A stretch of 64,000 nucleotides of DNA. Source: Octopus bimaculoides. Its lineage: Eukaryota. The stretch lies in assembly GCF_001194135.2 (NCBI RefSeq), contig NC_068995.1, forward strand, positions 20,778,679 through 20,842,678, written 5' to 3'. Both the position numbers and the translations under genes were made by a program. Position 1 is the stretch's first letter, and each line of letters opens with the position of its first letter. The notes under the pieces are model-generated. The model was not told where the DNA came from. It worked only from the letters and a program-made list of their open reading frames with translations, and did no database searches. Shown here piece by piece: positions 51,544 through 64,000 of the stretch.

Positions 51544-51614
51544 ATGAAAACAGACACACATACTCATTTGCATTGTACACACACACACAGATATATATAT
51601 ATATATATATATAT

Positions 51615-51785
51615 AAATTTAAGGAATGGAGTAAACGCATGTTATAACTGCATACTTTATTCCGACATATGTTTCGAAGAATTACAATTTATGCGATCCA
51701 TAGGAATCGTCGATGTTAAAAATGTAAACTTCTCCTCAGGGAATGTATGGGAACCATCTTAAACGTAAGACATTATGACCGAGTA
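51615..51785 (-). mobile_element. Solo pLTR/retrozyme-like unit of the same family as the 17434-17849 arms
   Basis: Shared flanks cggt..aatgtc.tacg.ttaag.tggttcc and catgcgttt(t)actccatt..taaattt; bordered by TA microsatellite. Confidence 0.75.
51659..51744 (-). ncRNA. Type-I hammerhead ribozyme, canonical
   Basis: AUUCC CUGAGGA GAAG..CUUC GAAA CAUAUG UC GGAAU; G10.1-C11.1 pair, extended helix II with internal hairpin, GUC triplet. Confidence 0.85.
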
Positions 51786-51829
51786 TATATATATATATAT
51801 ATACATACATATACACATCTGGATTGTAA

Positions 51830-52821
51830 AGTTACAAAGAAAACAAGTGATCAAATGTTATATTTAATTGAAATTTAATCATCAATGTACTTTCCCTGAC
51901 TATCTATGACTTCCTTCCATCTATTTACAAGCTTTTTAATCCCATCAATGTAAAACCCTTTTGCTTTCAAAGCGAAGAACTCTGAAATGTCAGTTTCGAC
52001 CTCCTCTTGACTTGCGAAAGTTATGTCCCCCAAATGATTCTGTAGACTACGAAACAAATGGTAGTCTGAAGGAAGAAGGTCGGGAGAATAAGGTGGATGG
52101 GGAATTTTTTCCAAACCAAGCTCTTCGAGCTTCTGTGATGTGATCTTTGTAGTGTGGGGTCGCGCATTGTCCTGATGAAACATCACTCCTTTTCGATTCA
52201 CTAAAGCGGATCTTTTTTTCTTCAAAGCTTGATTCAAATGCTTTAATTGCTGAAAGTAGGCTTGAACATTGATTGTTGCATTAAGTGGTAACAATTCAAA
52301 GTGAATTACTCCTTTACAATCACACTACAGAGACAAGAATTTTTTTCCATGAAGTTCCCTTCTCGGTTGTGGTTGAGCTTTTTCCCTTTTTCCAAACCAC
52401 TGTTTAGGACGTTTATCATTTTGATAGAAGATCCAATTTTCGTCACCAGTCACAAGTCCTATTCGATCTTCATCTTCAAGGCTGAATTTTGCAAACCATC
52501 TTCTGCAAGTTCTTTCATTCAAGCATTCTTTCCCATAAACTGAGTGTATGTTTCGAGTCGCTTCGGCTGCAGAGTTTCTTTTTTTTTTGTACTCATAAAG
52601 CATTATGTGCCTCAAATGGTCTTTGGATACTTCCATGTTAAAAAGGGTTTTAATCAAAGAAATTTTAATTCTATTATTCTGTAAAATAATATTCAATTAG
52701 TTTAAATGTACACAAATGCAAAAAAATAATTTTTAATTCCATTAGACATTCTAAAATACTATTAAGTTTCATTCAATTTTAAAAAAAGGTAAAATCGGAC
52801 AAAACTTATGGGATGACCTGA
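51830..52821 (-). mobile_element. Mariner (DD34D) transposon, internally deleted and frameshifted; 5' TIR present, 3' TIR not found
   Basis: TA|tcaggtcatcccataagttttgtccgattttacc terminus; HTH region RRWFAKF, VTGDENW, HQDNARPHT, HPPYSPDLLPSDY with 34 residues between D2 and D3. Confidence 0.92.
51875..52636 (-). pseudogene. Mariner transposase pseudogene
   Basis: ORF-track frames 52325-52696 and 51875-52294; deletion between SLEDEDR and VTGDE; frameshift near 52325. Confidence 0.9.
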
Positions 52822-53175
52822 TATATATATATTTTTGCTATTATGCGAAAGTGTGGTAAGTTCAAAACGTTGCTTTTTCAGAAAAGGAAAAATTGTTTCA
52901 CCATTCCATACCAAAACCATTGTACAGCACTGACAATTTTTGACATCTTGGAATCTGAAGCAGCTGGTGGTACGATAGTTTGACCAAAAGAAGCGGCTAC
53001 TGCAAGTAAAAATAAACATTGAAAAAAAGAAACGCATTTGACTAAATTTGGATATACGGCAGTTTAACATAATAGCAACGATATATACATACAAATAAGA
53101 TCGACCTAACAAGGTGCCTCAGTTTAAGTACCTTATTCAACTGAATCTTTATTACACACACACATACGCACACAC

Positions 53176-53255
<80 letters not shown>

Positions 53256-53274
53256 ATCTATCTATCTATCTATC

Positions 53275-53314
<40 letters not shown>

Positions 53315-53714
53315 TTGTGTGTGTGTGAAAGTATGTATGTGTATGTTTATATACGTGTGTGTGTATGTGTGTGTGCGCGTGTGTGATAAATTTGGTATAG
53401 TAAGAATTTAGCTGCTGGAGAACCGAGTTTACGTAGAAGCCAGCCAGGTTAGATTCCAGGAGATTGTTATTTCACCTTGTGCTTCTTCTATGTTATAGAA
53501 ATCTATTTCTGTTCATGGAATATCTGAGTAGAACTTTCACATTTGACCGAGAGAAGAAATAAAAGAGCAAAGAATTAGTAGTTTACGGATGTGGCTGTAG
53601 AAATAACAACGATTGCAAAACAACAATAGCATCAGAAACAAAACAAAAAAATAAATACCAACGACAGCCAAGAAATAAACATCAAAAAAACAATTATTAC
53701 AGAATGAGAATATC

Positions 53715-53802
53715 ATATCCCCATCTTCAGCGTCATCGTCACCACCACTATTGCCTCTATCACCAGTAGCACCAGCAGCAGCACCACCACCACCACCTCC
53801 AC

Positions 53803-53833
<31 letters not shown>

Positions 53834-53874
53834 ACCGTCATCATCATCATCATCATCATCATCATCGTCATCAC

Positions 53875-53923
<49 letters not shown>

Positions 53924-53931
53924 GTCATCAC

Positions 53932-54021
<90 letters not shown>

Positions 54022-54085
54022 CAGCAGCAGCAGTAGCAGCAGTAGTAATAGTAGTAGTAGGAGTAGTACTAGTAGTAGTATCATT
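53715..54085. repeat. Compound trinucleotide tract (CAC, CAT, GTA, GCA)
   Basis: Direct reading. Confidence 0.9.
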
Positions 54086-54805
54086 AAGATGAACGGCTAT
54101 AGGAAAGCAAGCCGCTACCGTGAAATTAAACTAACGACAAGAGACAATTGTGTCTTGTAATAAGCGATGTCTTACATGACGCATAAAGTGAGGTGTCCAG
54201 ATTTTTGTGATGCAACCGACACAGACAACCACTCTCTTTTCCAGAACAACATGGCTGATTTGTGGAATACAAGAAGACAGCTCCGTTGTTAACAAGAAAT
54301 AACTGCTGAGAGAACAAGGGATAAATATGGACTTTTTGTAAGAGTGGATGGGTGGATGACGATGATGATGATGATGCGAAGATGCTGACGGTGTGGTGGT
54401 GGTGGTGTGGTGGTGTGGTGGTGGTGCGGTGGTGTGGTGATTGTGGAAGTGATGGAGTATTTGAGACTGTCAGCAACTTCGACGTTCATTGACGTAGTCT
54501 GTCACACCACTGCTTAGACATAAACATACTGTGCGCTAAATATGTTTACACTTGCATGTACACCCACTGATACACGATCAACCAACTCTGCTCCAACAAC
54601 AACAGAAACAACAACTACAAAAACATCACTAACAACAACATCAATTACAATGGAGCATATACGCCTACAGATACGCACAGGTACACACGCGTTGAAAATT
54701 AAATATATGTACAGACACAAACGTATATACACACAAATGCAAAAACAAGAACACGCGCATGCACAATCATACATACATTATGAGACACACACGTATAAAT
54801 ATATG

Positions 54806-54860
<55 letters not shown>

Positions 54861-55300
54861 ATACATAGATATATGCATACACATATACATACACATCCTG
54901 CAGAAACACAGACAAAAACACTGTATACTCAGCAATATAAACAAACAAACATATAATCCTATTATAAAATACACATATACACGTACACTTACAGATGTAT
55001 ATGAACATAGGTGTATACACATCCCTGTAGACAGATACCAACGCAATGGCGGAAACATGAAGACAAACATAGATCTGTGAATATTGGCCCACATGAATAC
55101 TAATATCCATAGACATATCAATTCGTAGATATTTAGACGTAACAACATACACTCGAACATAGTCACAACTGTGTGCAGAGATGATAATCATTTCACACAG
55201 AGACATTGGTAGACACGGCGTAGCATATAAACAAGCAAGAGCATAAACATGATGAATGATGCATATACATACACGGAATTACATAAGCATTATCACGCAG

Positions 55301-55365
<65 letters not shown>

Positions 55366-55507
55366 GTCACGCAAATATACTCAGACAATATGACAAGCAT
55401 ACTATGCCCACAACTACGCTACTACGCTAGTAAACAGTGTCAATATGCCGCGTACAAAATCATGCACTGAAACATCAAAAGCACATGCTTTCAAGTGCGC
55501 ATATAAG

Positions 55508-55538
<31 letters not shown>

Positions 55539-55619
55539 GTATGTGTGTGTTTATAGATAGATAGATAGATAGATATAGATATTTATATGACTATATGTTT
55601 ATATATGTAAAAACTAATA

Positions 55620-57170
55620 TGACAAGGCTGATAAGGATAGGGAAAACGAAGCAAAAACCAGAAGTCTCTTTGATCCAGTGGTCCCTCAAAAGAATGGATC
55701 CCCCACCCCTGTGAACAACCAGGCTGATAAGGATAGGGAAGCTGAAGAAGCAACAACCAGAAGTCACTCTGTGCCAGTGGTCCTACAAAGGAATGGAGCC
55801 CTCACTCCATTGGACAACCAAAGGAATGCAAGTCTGTCAGCCACAAGAAAGGGAAGGAAAGAACACGACCAGAAAACTAAAGAAGGAAGGGGAGAAAAAA
55901 GTGTTGTGTCGACGCCCCCAGGCGAAGAAGTAGGATCTCCCAAGACATATAAATAGAGGTAGTCTGGCCGTGGTAGGTGTGTTGAGTAGCAGTCGAGTAG
56001 CAGTTGTGTAGCGGTTGAGTAGAGATCATCCGAAGGTGCTAGATAGCAGTAGCTTGAGACATAACAAAAGGAAAAGGAAAAGATGAAGTAACTAAAACCG
56101 AAACCCGAAACCACCAAACAAAAAACAGAAAACTTAAATATGGATGCTCCAACGGAATCCGAAACCCTAGAGGAGAGAAGAAATTTGGAGTGAAGTCAAG
56201 TACATGCAAATTTTAACTGCAAGGCAAATGTTGGTATGGGGAAGACGGTACAAACTGCCGGTTTAAAGAGGTACTATATTGCCGGTTTATCCGAGACTCC
56301 ACCAAAACTACAGGGGCCTTATGGAGAGATATTTCCGTGAGGAAAGGTACCAATCGTCTCCAAAAGAAAGCATACAGATGCAGTGTGTTCTTCAGATGTT
56401 ATGCGCAAGGTAGCAGCTGAGCAAGAGTCTTTTATGTGCATGGCGCAAAAGATTGTGCAGCAGCTGACCTGGTTACATCAAGCGCAAACAAGGAACCTTG
56501 CCCACCACTGCGCACGACCACCACAGTCAACAGACACGGGATGGCCTCCCCTAACGCCTGCTAAGTAGTCACGCCAATATTTTTACTGAGTATTGGGGGC
56601 CTGTTGCATCACAACAGCAAAAGCCAAATTCTTTTCCTGAGAAACCTTGCTGCGCGCAATCAAGCCCTATGCATAGCTCTCATGAAAACTCTTCTGATCC
56701 CTGATATAGAGGATGCAGAAGTATACGTACCAAAATATACCATACTGCGAACAGTCAAAAAGGAAAGGAGCCATGGTGGAGTTGCTGTATACATCCGTGA
56801 AGACCTTACACCTCAGGTCTTACTGTCATACTCAAATTCAGTATGTGACACTCTAATTGTATACATAAGACAACACGATATAATCATATGCAATACATAT
56901 CGCCCACCGGATGCGTATTTCTTATGGGTGATTTCAACTTCCCCAATGTCAAATGTCCCGAAGGCCTCATGCTCCCAGGAATGACTCATTGCAAACAAGC
57001 ACAGGTGGACCAATGCCCTATTAATGGAACAAGCTGTGCTCAGATCAATTAGGGCGAATAACATTTTGGATCACTGCTTCAAAAACAATATGGACATCAT
57101 TCATGATGTGAAAGTGACGCCGACATTAGTTTCGGATCACAACAGCATAACCATATGTGCTAATGTATAA
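55620..57170 (+). mobile_element. APE-type LINE (CR1/L2/Jockey group) 5' part: ORF1 relic plus endonuclease; RT absent
   Basis: CKF*LQGKCWYGEDGTNCRFK (CCCH-like finger); IALMKTLL..RSHGGVAVYIRE..YRPPD; GDFNFPNV; NNILDHCF..SDHNSI. Confidence 0.85.
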
Positions 57171-57732
57171 AGACAGATTTTGTAAGATCAAAGTTATTTC
57201 ACAAGGCACATATAACCACTCACATCGGAATATTTTGGTTTGAGTTAGTGTAATGCGGAAGGACAGTGCCCATGAACTCTTTCAGGCTCACGAAAAGTTA
57301 GAAGATTTTGCTCGAACGCTTGTGACCTAGTAAATTCTGTCAGAAGCAACCAGATATCAGGGGTTGGTACTAAACCGAGGAAAAGAGTAAGACAATCTCG
57401 ATACGACAGAGATTCATATAACTGAAGAGAACACGGAATATTTACATATACTGACACGAAGTAATATGCAAAGTGCTGCGCAATGGGATCGAAATCAGAA
57501 CAATGTCGTTGCAGAGCAGAATATTTAATCCCGTATCTATGTCAGTTGCTCTATTACTCATATACTTGTAAACTAGAACATCTCTTCCGCCAACTCAAAT
57601 AGTTTAAGTGATGTCAAAAACATTGCCAACAACTGATCAGAAGAACTTTGGCGAGTTAGCACTCTTCAGGCATTGGATGTATAAAAAATAACAGCGGACA
57701 CGCCTTTAAATAACACTCTACCTTTTGAAAGT

Positions 57733-58101
57733 GGAGGCGCAAAAAGCCCAGTGATTAGGGCAGTGGACTAGCGGTCGTAGGATCGCGGTTTCGATTCCCA
57801 GGCCGGGCGTTGTGAGTGTTTATTGATCGAAAACACTTAAAGCTCCACGAGGCTCCGGCATGGGGTGGTGGCGAACCCTGCTGTACTCTCTCACCACAAC
57901 TTTCTCTCACTCTTTCTTCCTGTTTCTGCTGTACTTGTATTTCAAGAGGCCAGCCTTGTTACACTCTGTGTCACGCTGAATCTCCCCTGAGAACTACGTT
58001 AAAGGTACACGTGTGTGTGGAGTGCTCAGCCACTTGCACGAGCAGTCTGTTCCATTGATCGGATCAACTGGAACCCTCGTCGTCGTAACCGACGGAGTGC
58101 C
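57733..58101 (+). mobile_element. SINE family C variant, full-length
   Basis: ggaggcgca..gcccagtgattaggg, ggtttcgattccc B box; 3' end shared with 41164-41480. Confidence 0.85.
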
Positions 58102-58673
58102 AACCAACCACCTTTTGAAGAGGAAAAAAATACGTATTGGAGATTGTAGATCGACAACTCTGAAATGTCTGGATGAAACCAGTTTGAATGCCTCTAACTG
58201 TAAGTTAGCGCAAGCATGGTTATCTCATATCCTGTTAGTCACAAGGTAAAAGCAGTATTTGTTACATTGGAGATGGATGGGTGGGTGGAGGAAGATATCC
58301 TTAAACAAAAGACCTTGTTTGAATACTTGCAACAAGTGGACTGCGTTAAATGCTCCCAAAGCTCGGGTATCAGTGTTAAATGGATCAAATGATCATATAA
58401 GTTGACCCTGGTGGTATTTGACTTCAGAACGTAAAGAAGCGGAAGAAAACTCGCAAGTCTCCACTCCTTTTCTGTAAATATTCCGTCAGTTCGCTCTCCA
58501 AGAATGGCATTTTATTTATCGACCTCAGAACTATAAGCAGCAAACTTGACTGCCACAGTATGTGAACTCAGGACACAAGGTCTTGGAATAAGTACCGCAA
58601 AGCATTTCCCTCTTGCGACTCTGACAATTTGCAGCCTAGGGTGTAAACAACAACAGCAACAACAACATCGACA

Positions 58674-58735
<62 letters not shown>

Positions 58736-59739
58736 TCGACAAAAACAACAACAATAACAGGAACAGCAACAGCAACAGCCTATGATGTATAATCCACCGA
58801 TGCGCTGTATCATCTATGCCTCTTCTCCTACGACAACGCTTTCTACTGAAGTGAAATAGCAAGTTATGTATAACCACCGCAGAAATCCACTTAATTCACA
58901 GCTTTGGCTTTTCTTATCGTGTTACATCTAGTTGTATTTTAAGCCACTAAAAGCTTCACCGAATCCATGTACCACACTGTTGTACTCTGTTGCTACTTTT
59001 AGTCGGCACTTTCTGGACAGATATCAAATCGTTAAAATTCAAACGGAGCATGAATTGCGTTGACCACCATCAGATTGAGAAAACTTGAGAAGTTTATGGA
59101 GGAAAAAATACATTTGAAAACATCAGCAAAAGAAACAAATATACTACCTTACACGTAAGACGCCGTTATTTATTTAAAATACAATTATTCGAACATTACT
59201 ACCACGACCGGCTAACACATACACACACATACATAATCACACACATACACCTGCTGGACACGCCGTTTCCTGTTTACAGGTTTTTTATTGCTATTACAAT
59301 GCGTTCTGCTTCTCAGAACTGGCTGGTCTCGTGCCACTCCCCACTCAAAACTTCTAGACTCGTCTTGCCTTTCATCATCCACGTTGTATCCATCTATAGC
59401 AGGCTCAGCACTAATCTCGAAGCACAGTTCTTCCTCTCAACTTCGCTCCCTTTTCAATCCCTTAGAATTTCGTACCTGCACATGCCATTTTTTGCTATCT
59501 TTGATTTAAATACTTAAGCGAGATGTTAACGAACATAAAGTGACTATGTCGAAGGGTATGAAACGGCCATGAGCACTGAGGGTTTTTTCTTCAGATCTAA
59601 CGATATTGAAAATAAACAAACAAAGGAATCATACTCATATTATATAGAATTCTCTGTATAATTAGTTATCAAAGTATGCACTCTTAGTAATGGTTAAACA
59701 ACTATATCTTCACATAACCACAAACACATTAAACACCTA

Positions 59740-59900
59740 GGGAGCTCTACGTGGCCGCTTGACCTACTAGAAATAGCAACCAAATCTACTCCATAACCTA
59801 CAATCTTAGAAAAGGACATGTTGGGTAATGTGGCCCTAAATCCTATGCACATAGGAAAAAATAACGTCTCGAATGCATTTGATAAAAATGACTGTTTTCT
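59740..59900 (+). repeat. Unclassified dispersed repeat D (gaaatagcaRccaaatct core); other copies near 3920-4090, 19300-19380, 25300-25390, 26560-26620, 40915-41030 and 42990-43100
   Basis: Core motif or associated segments recur in both orientations. Confidence 0.55.
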
Positions 59901-60551
59901 CAGGACTCACCAGAGGCTAAATAACAACACACGCATTTACACATGTCGACAATGAAACCCATGGAAACATAAACACACACACACAGTCGCACGCACACAC
60001 AAACGCACACACACGCACACACACACACACACATACACGCACAAATATATTGTCGCATAAAAGCTAACACCTACTAAAATTATAATCCATAATACAGATA
60101 TCTTACAGCAATGGATGACTAAAACGCACAGATCTTCCCCAAGGGCCAAACAATCAACCTTGGGCACATTTACAAACGCATACACATACGCAAAATCACA
60201 CAGATGCACATAGCCAACTCTCTCTCTCTCTATCTCTATCTCTCTCTCTCTCTCTTTCTCTCTTTCATATATAGACAAACATATGCGGAAACACCTACAT
60301 TCTACATCCGCAAGGCACTTGCATACACAAACACAGACGAACACAATCACATAGGATGTCACGCACACTCAGTCACCTACAGGCATGACATAGTCACACG
60401 CATATAGAGGTAAATTCTCGTGTGTAAAATAAATACACACAGACGCCCTCTAACATCCACCCAGAGAGACAACGACAAGAATATATGATACAGAATCAAA
60501 CAATCTGAGTTACACAGGATTGTGCATGTGTGAAATGTCTATACATAGAAG

Positions 60552-60598
<47 letters not shown>

Positions 60599-61378
60599 TC
60601 ACATACATACACACACACACAAACAGACACACGCAGATAGACACACGCAGATAGACACACGCAGATAGACACACGCAGATAGACACAGACAATTATACTG
60701 CATGTGAACGACGTACGGCGTATGTATCTCACACAATATTACATATATACACGCAGAGACAAATGTTTGTGATATGTATACGCAAACAAAAGATCGCATG
60801 CATATACACTCATAGTATAAACAATTGCATGTGCGTAATATCCATATACAGAGGAACGCTCACATGTAGACATAAAGACAGACAATGAGAAGTGCAACAT
60901 ATGCGTGTGATAACCAAGTAGAGGCACACAATCCAACACATTTACACAAACAGAAACAATAGTTTATGTGTGATATCTATACTCTGTCATACAATATTAC
61001 TTATATATACACAGACGTTACAGACAGACAAGTGTTTGTGTGTGTTATCTATTCATAGATAAACAATCTCGTGTATACACACTTGTAGCAATGACAAGTG
61101 TATGTGCGTGTGATATCCATACACGGATACCAAACTCGCACACGTACGTCGCATATATAAAGATAGCACAGACGAGTATATGTGATATCCATACAGAAAA
61201 GAAAAGAAAAAATCACACCCATTTATATAAATCAACAGACAAAGGATGTATATGATATCTAAAGACACACAGTGAGGCACACATATACAGAAGTGTGTAT
61301 AAATATCCATGCGCAGACACACAACTACGCATTCATGCACTTCTTTCTATCTCCGTGCATGAATGTATGTGCTATGTA

Positions 61379-61438
<60 letters not shown>

Positions 61439-61987
61439 TGTGTGTATGCACACACACAGAGAATGAGGGGAAAAGAGGCTGACAGTAAACAGAGAGAGAC
61501 AAGTATGTGTGTATGATATCCATATATGTACACAATATGCTGTGTTGGTCAAATTAGATATCGAGCTGAATGAAATTCTGTTTTCTCTCATTTACAACTG
61601 TAAAAACAGATAAATGAAGACAAAGACATTTATATTATTAGCTGTAATTGGATAAACAAAAAACCTTACACATTCACAAATTATCAGTCACACTTACACA
61701 CTCATATATGAAACACCTCCGCACATAGACACTCGCTGTGTATACGTACAGACAGAAACAAATACTCACTCTCTGTATCTGTCTCTGTCTGCCTCTCTGT
61801 CACTGCCTGTCTGTCTCTCTCTCCTTCTCTTTCTCTTTCTCCCCCCCCCCTACACACAACTACATACATTTATATACGCCAGTTCTGCCTGGCATACGCA
61901 TACTACCGCAATCTAAAGCACAATCTAAGCACAGAAATGCACTTATCTGAACATTTAGCACACGCATACACACACATACGCACGCAC

Positions 61988-62038
<51 letters not shown>

Positions 62039-62091
62039 AACAAACAAACATGGGTGTGGGCGCGCAAACATTAACGTAAATGCTCCAAATA

Positions 62092-62564
62092 CTCAAACAC
62101 TGACACGTACACACACACATCTAATCTGAGCACAGTATTTGACACGNNNNNNNNNNNNNNNNNNNNNNNNNNNNNNNNNNNNNNNNNNNNNNNNNNNNNN
62201 NNNNNNNNNNNNNNNNNNNNNNNNNNNNNNNNNNNNNNNNNNNNNNNNNNNNNNNNNNNNNNNNNNNNNNNNNNNNNNNNNNNNNNNNNNNNNNNNNNNN
62301 NNNNNNNNNNNNNNNNNNNNNNNNNNNNNNNNNNNNNNNNNNNNNNNNNNNNNNNNNNNNNNNNNNNNNNNNNNNNNNNNNNNNNNNNNNNNNNNNNNNN
62401 NNNNNNNNNNNNNNNNNNNNNNNNNNNNNNNNNNNNNNNNNNNNNNNNNNNNNNNNNNNNNNNNNNNNNNNNNNNNNNNNNNNNNNNNNNNNNNNNNNNN
62501 NNNNNNNNNNNCAAACACTGACACGTACACACACACATCTAATCTGAGCACAGTATTTGACACG
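62092..62564. repeat. About 55-bp unit repeated on both sides of a gap (collapsed tandem array or gap-edge duplication)
   Basis: caaacactgacacgtacacacacacatctaatctgagcacagtatttgacacg is identical at 62094-62146 and 62512-62564. Confidence 0.7.
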
Positions 62565-62859
62565 CACACACATAGACATACGTCACCATGTGCGTACGTA
62601 ATTATTACATCTCAACAATAGAATCAAGTGTAACGATTGCCGTAGAATAGAAGTAGACCTCTTCTTCGTTAGGAACTTGAAGTGATTTCAAATCTTGGCG
62701 GTAATTATTCCGCTTTGCGATCACTGTACGATATAGAAACTCTCAAAGATTTTCCCTATAAACTGAAAGGTTTATTGGTGCATAGATAGATAGATAGATA
62801 GATTGATTGATACATACATACATACATAGACATACATACATACATAGACATACATACAT

Positions 62860-63305
62860 ACATGCATTTAGAAAATCTCTCTGTTATGGAATACATTAAT
62901 AAACAAGAACCCAAGAAATACTGATGGAATATTCCCATCAAAATTTCTGTCAAATGTAAACATAACAGGCCGGATATTGTTGTTTGCATCAGAGGAGCAA
63001 AGCTATGTACCATCATAGAGGTCAGCTGCCCTGCAGATATAGATATCTCATTGAAAATCAAAGAAAAAGAGAATATCTATGGACAATTCATTCGAAACCT
63101 CCAGCTTCTATGTCCAGACTATGAATTCATATTCAAACCAATAATAATTGAAGCACTAGGTTTTGTTAGTAAACGCTTAAAGAAGAATCTGGATAAACTG
63201 GGATTTTCAGAAAGAGAAATCGACCGACAAATTCGCACATTACAAGTGCAATCTGTGAGTGGAACAGTAAAAATATTCAAGACTTTTCTCAAGTTCCAAA
63301 TGTGA
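62860..63305 (+). mobile_element. RLE-type LINE 3' fragment
   Basis: HNRPDIVV..IIEVSCPAD..KEKENIYGQFIRNLQ..KPIIIEALG..GTVKIFKTFLKFQM*. Confidence 0.85.
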
Positions 63306-64000
63306 ATTTGTCTGTGTTAACTACATCCCAAAGGTGGAGCGTTGTATCTTTGTTGGAAATCGGCTCTCTCCTCAGTGAAAGATATACGATAAGTAAAAAA
63401 AATAGAAGAGACATAAGTACATACAATCACACACACACACACACGTACGTACATGTATGCTTGCATGCGTTCAGGCATATGTACATAATTCACACATATA
63501 TACATTTATATACGCATATGTATGTACATACATATATATTGAATAAAATAGAGTCAACGAGAAGTACAGATAGACAGCTATTTAATAAACACTACACATG
63601 TTTCGATACAACATAGATCCACATAAACACAGGATTTGAATTAAGCAACGGTTTACCTGTATAATGGGATGCAGTTGCATCTCCTTAGGTGATATGTAAT
63701 CTGTGTCCCTGTTAGTAAACCTTTGACTTCGATGCTAACACCGGACTTCTTATTGTTGAGTCTATTTTATTCAATTTTACTTTCACACCAGATGAATGCC
63801 TAAACATTGACTTGGAAGTATAACGTAATACTACCGGTTATTTGGTAATTCTAAGGGTGAACGAGCTCTATTTTGTACTCTATTAAGTTCCTAACTAAAT
63901 GCTCCTTAAATATGTACATGCTTATACATACATACATACATATATACATACATACATACACATACATATATATATGTATATATATATATATGTATATATA

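Noticed and set aside
54244-54340. Strong acceptor ctctctttccag with a nearby ATG
   Set aside because: All three frames close within about 60 nt and there is no convincing donor.
57640-57670. Minus-strand CTGAAGA-GTG..CGC-CAAA motif
   Set aside because: G12 is absent and no helix I pairing.
63640-63900. Possible CR1/L2 LINE C-terminal relic on the minus strand
   Set aside because: Only a faint motif resemblance (ELNRVQNRA); too decayed to support.

Overview
AT-rich, gap-containing (N-run) eukaryotic DNA saturated with microsatellites and transposable-element relics. The SINE families and repeat landscape look like octopus/coleoid cephalopod DNA (inference). I cannot name a host protein-coding gene; there are only a few weak candidate exons. 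Recognisable content: many tRNA-derived SINEs (three families, labelled here A, B, C); RLE-type (R4/Dong-like) LINE 3' fragments sitting in (TAA)n tracts; an RTE 3' end; an APE-type LINE 5' part; one DD34D mariner and two DD37D (maT-like) mariner relics; a Helitron helicase relic; hAT and mariner MITEs; several minisatellites. The most striking unexplained signal is about 10 type-I minimal hammerhead ribozyme (HHR) motifs of the Penelope-like-element/retrozyme kind. Four have an intact core and good helices. Two pairs sit head-to-head in near-perfect palindromes (17434-17849, 30132-30305), two lie in tandem on one strand (51053-51744), and one lies in a tRNA-headed SINE-like composite (43690-44485). 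No Penelope RT/GIY-YIG ORF was recognised in the window. All structures were read by eye; nothing was computed or searched.
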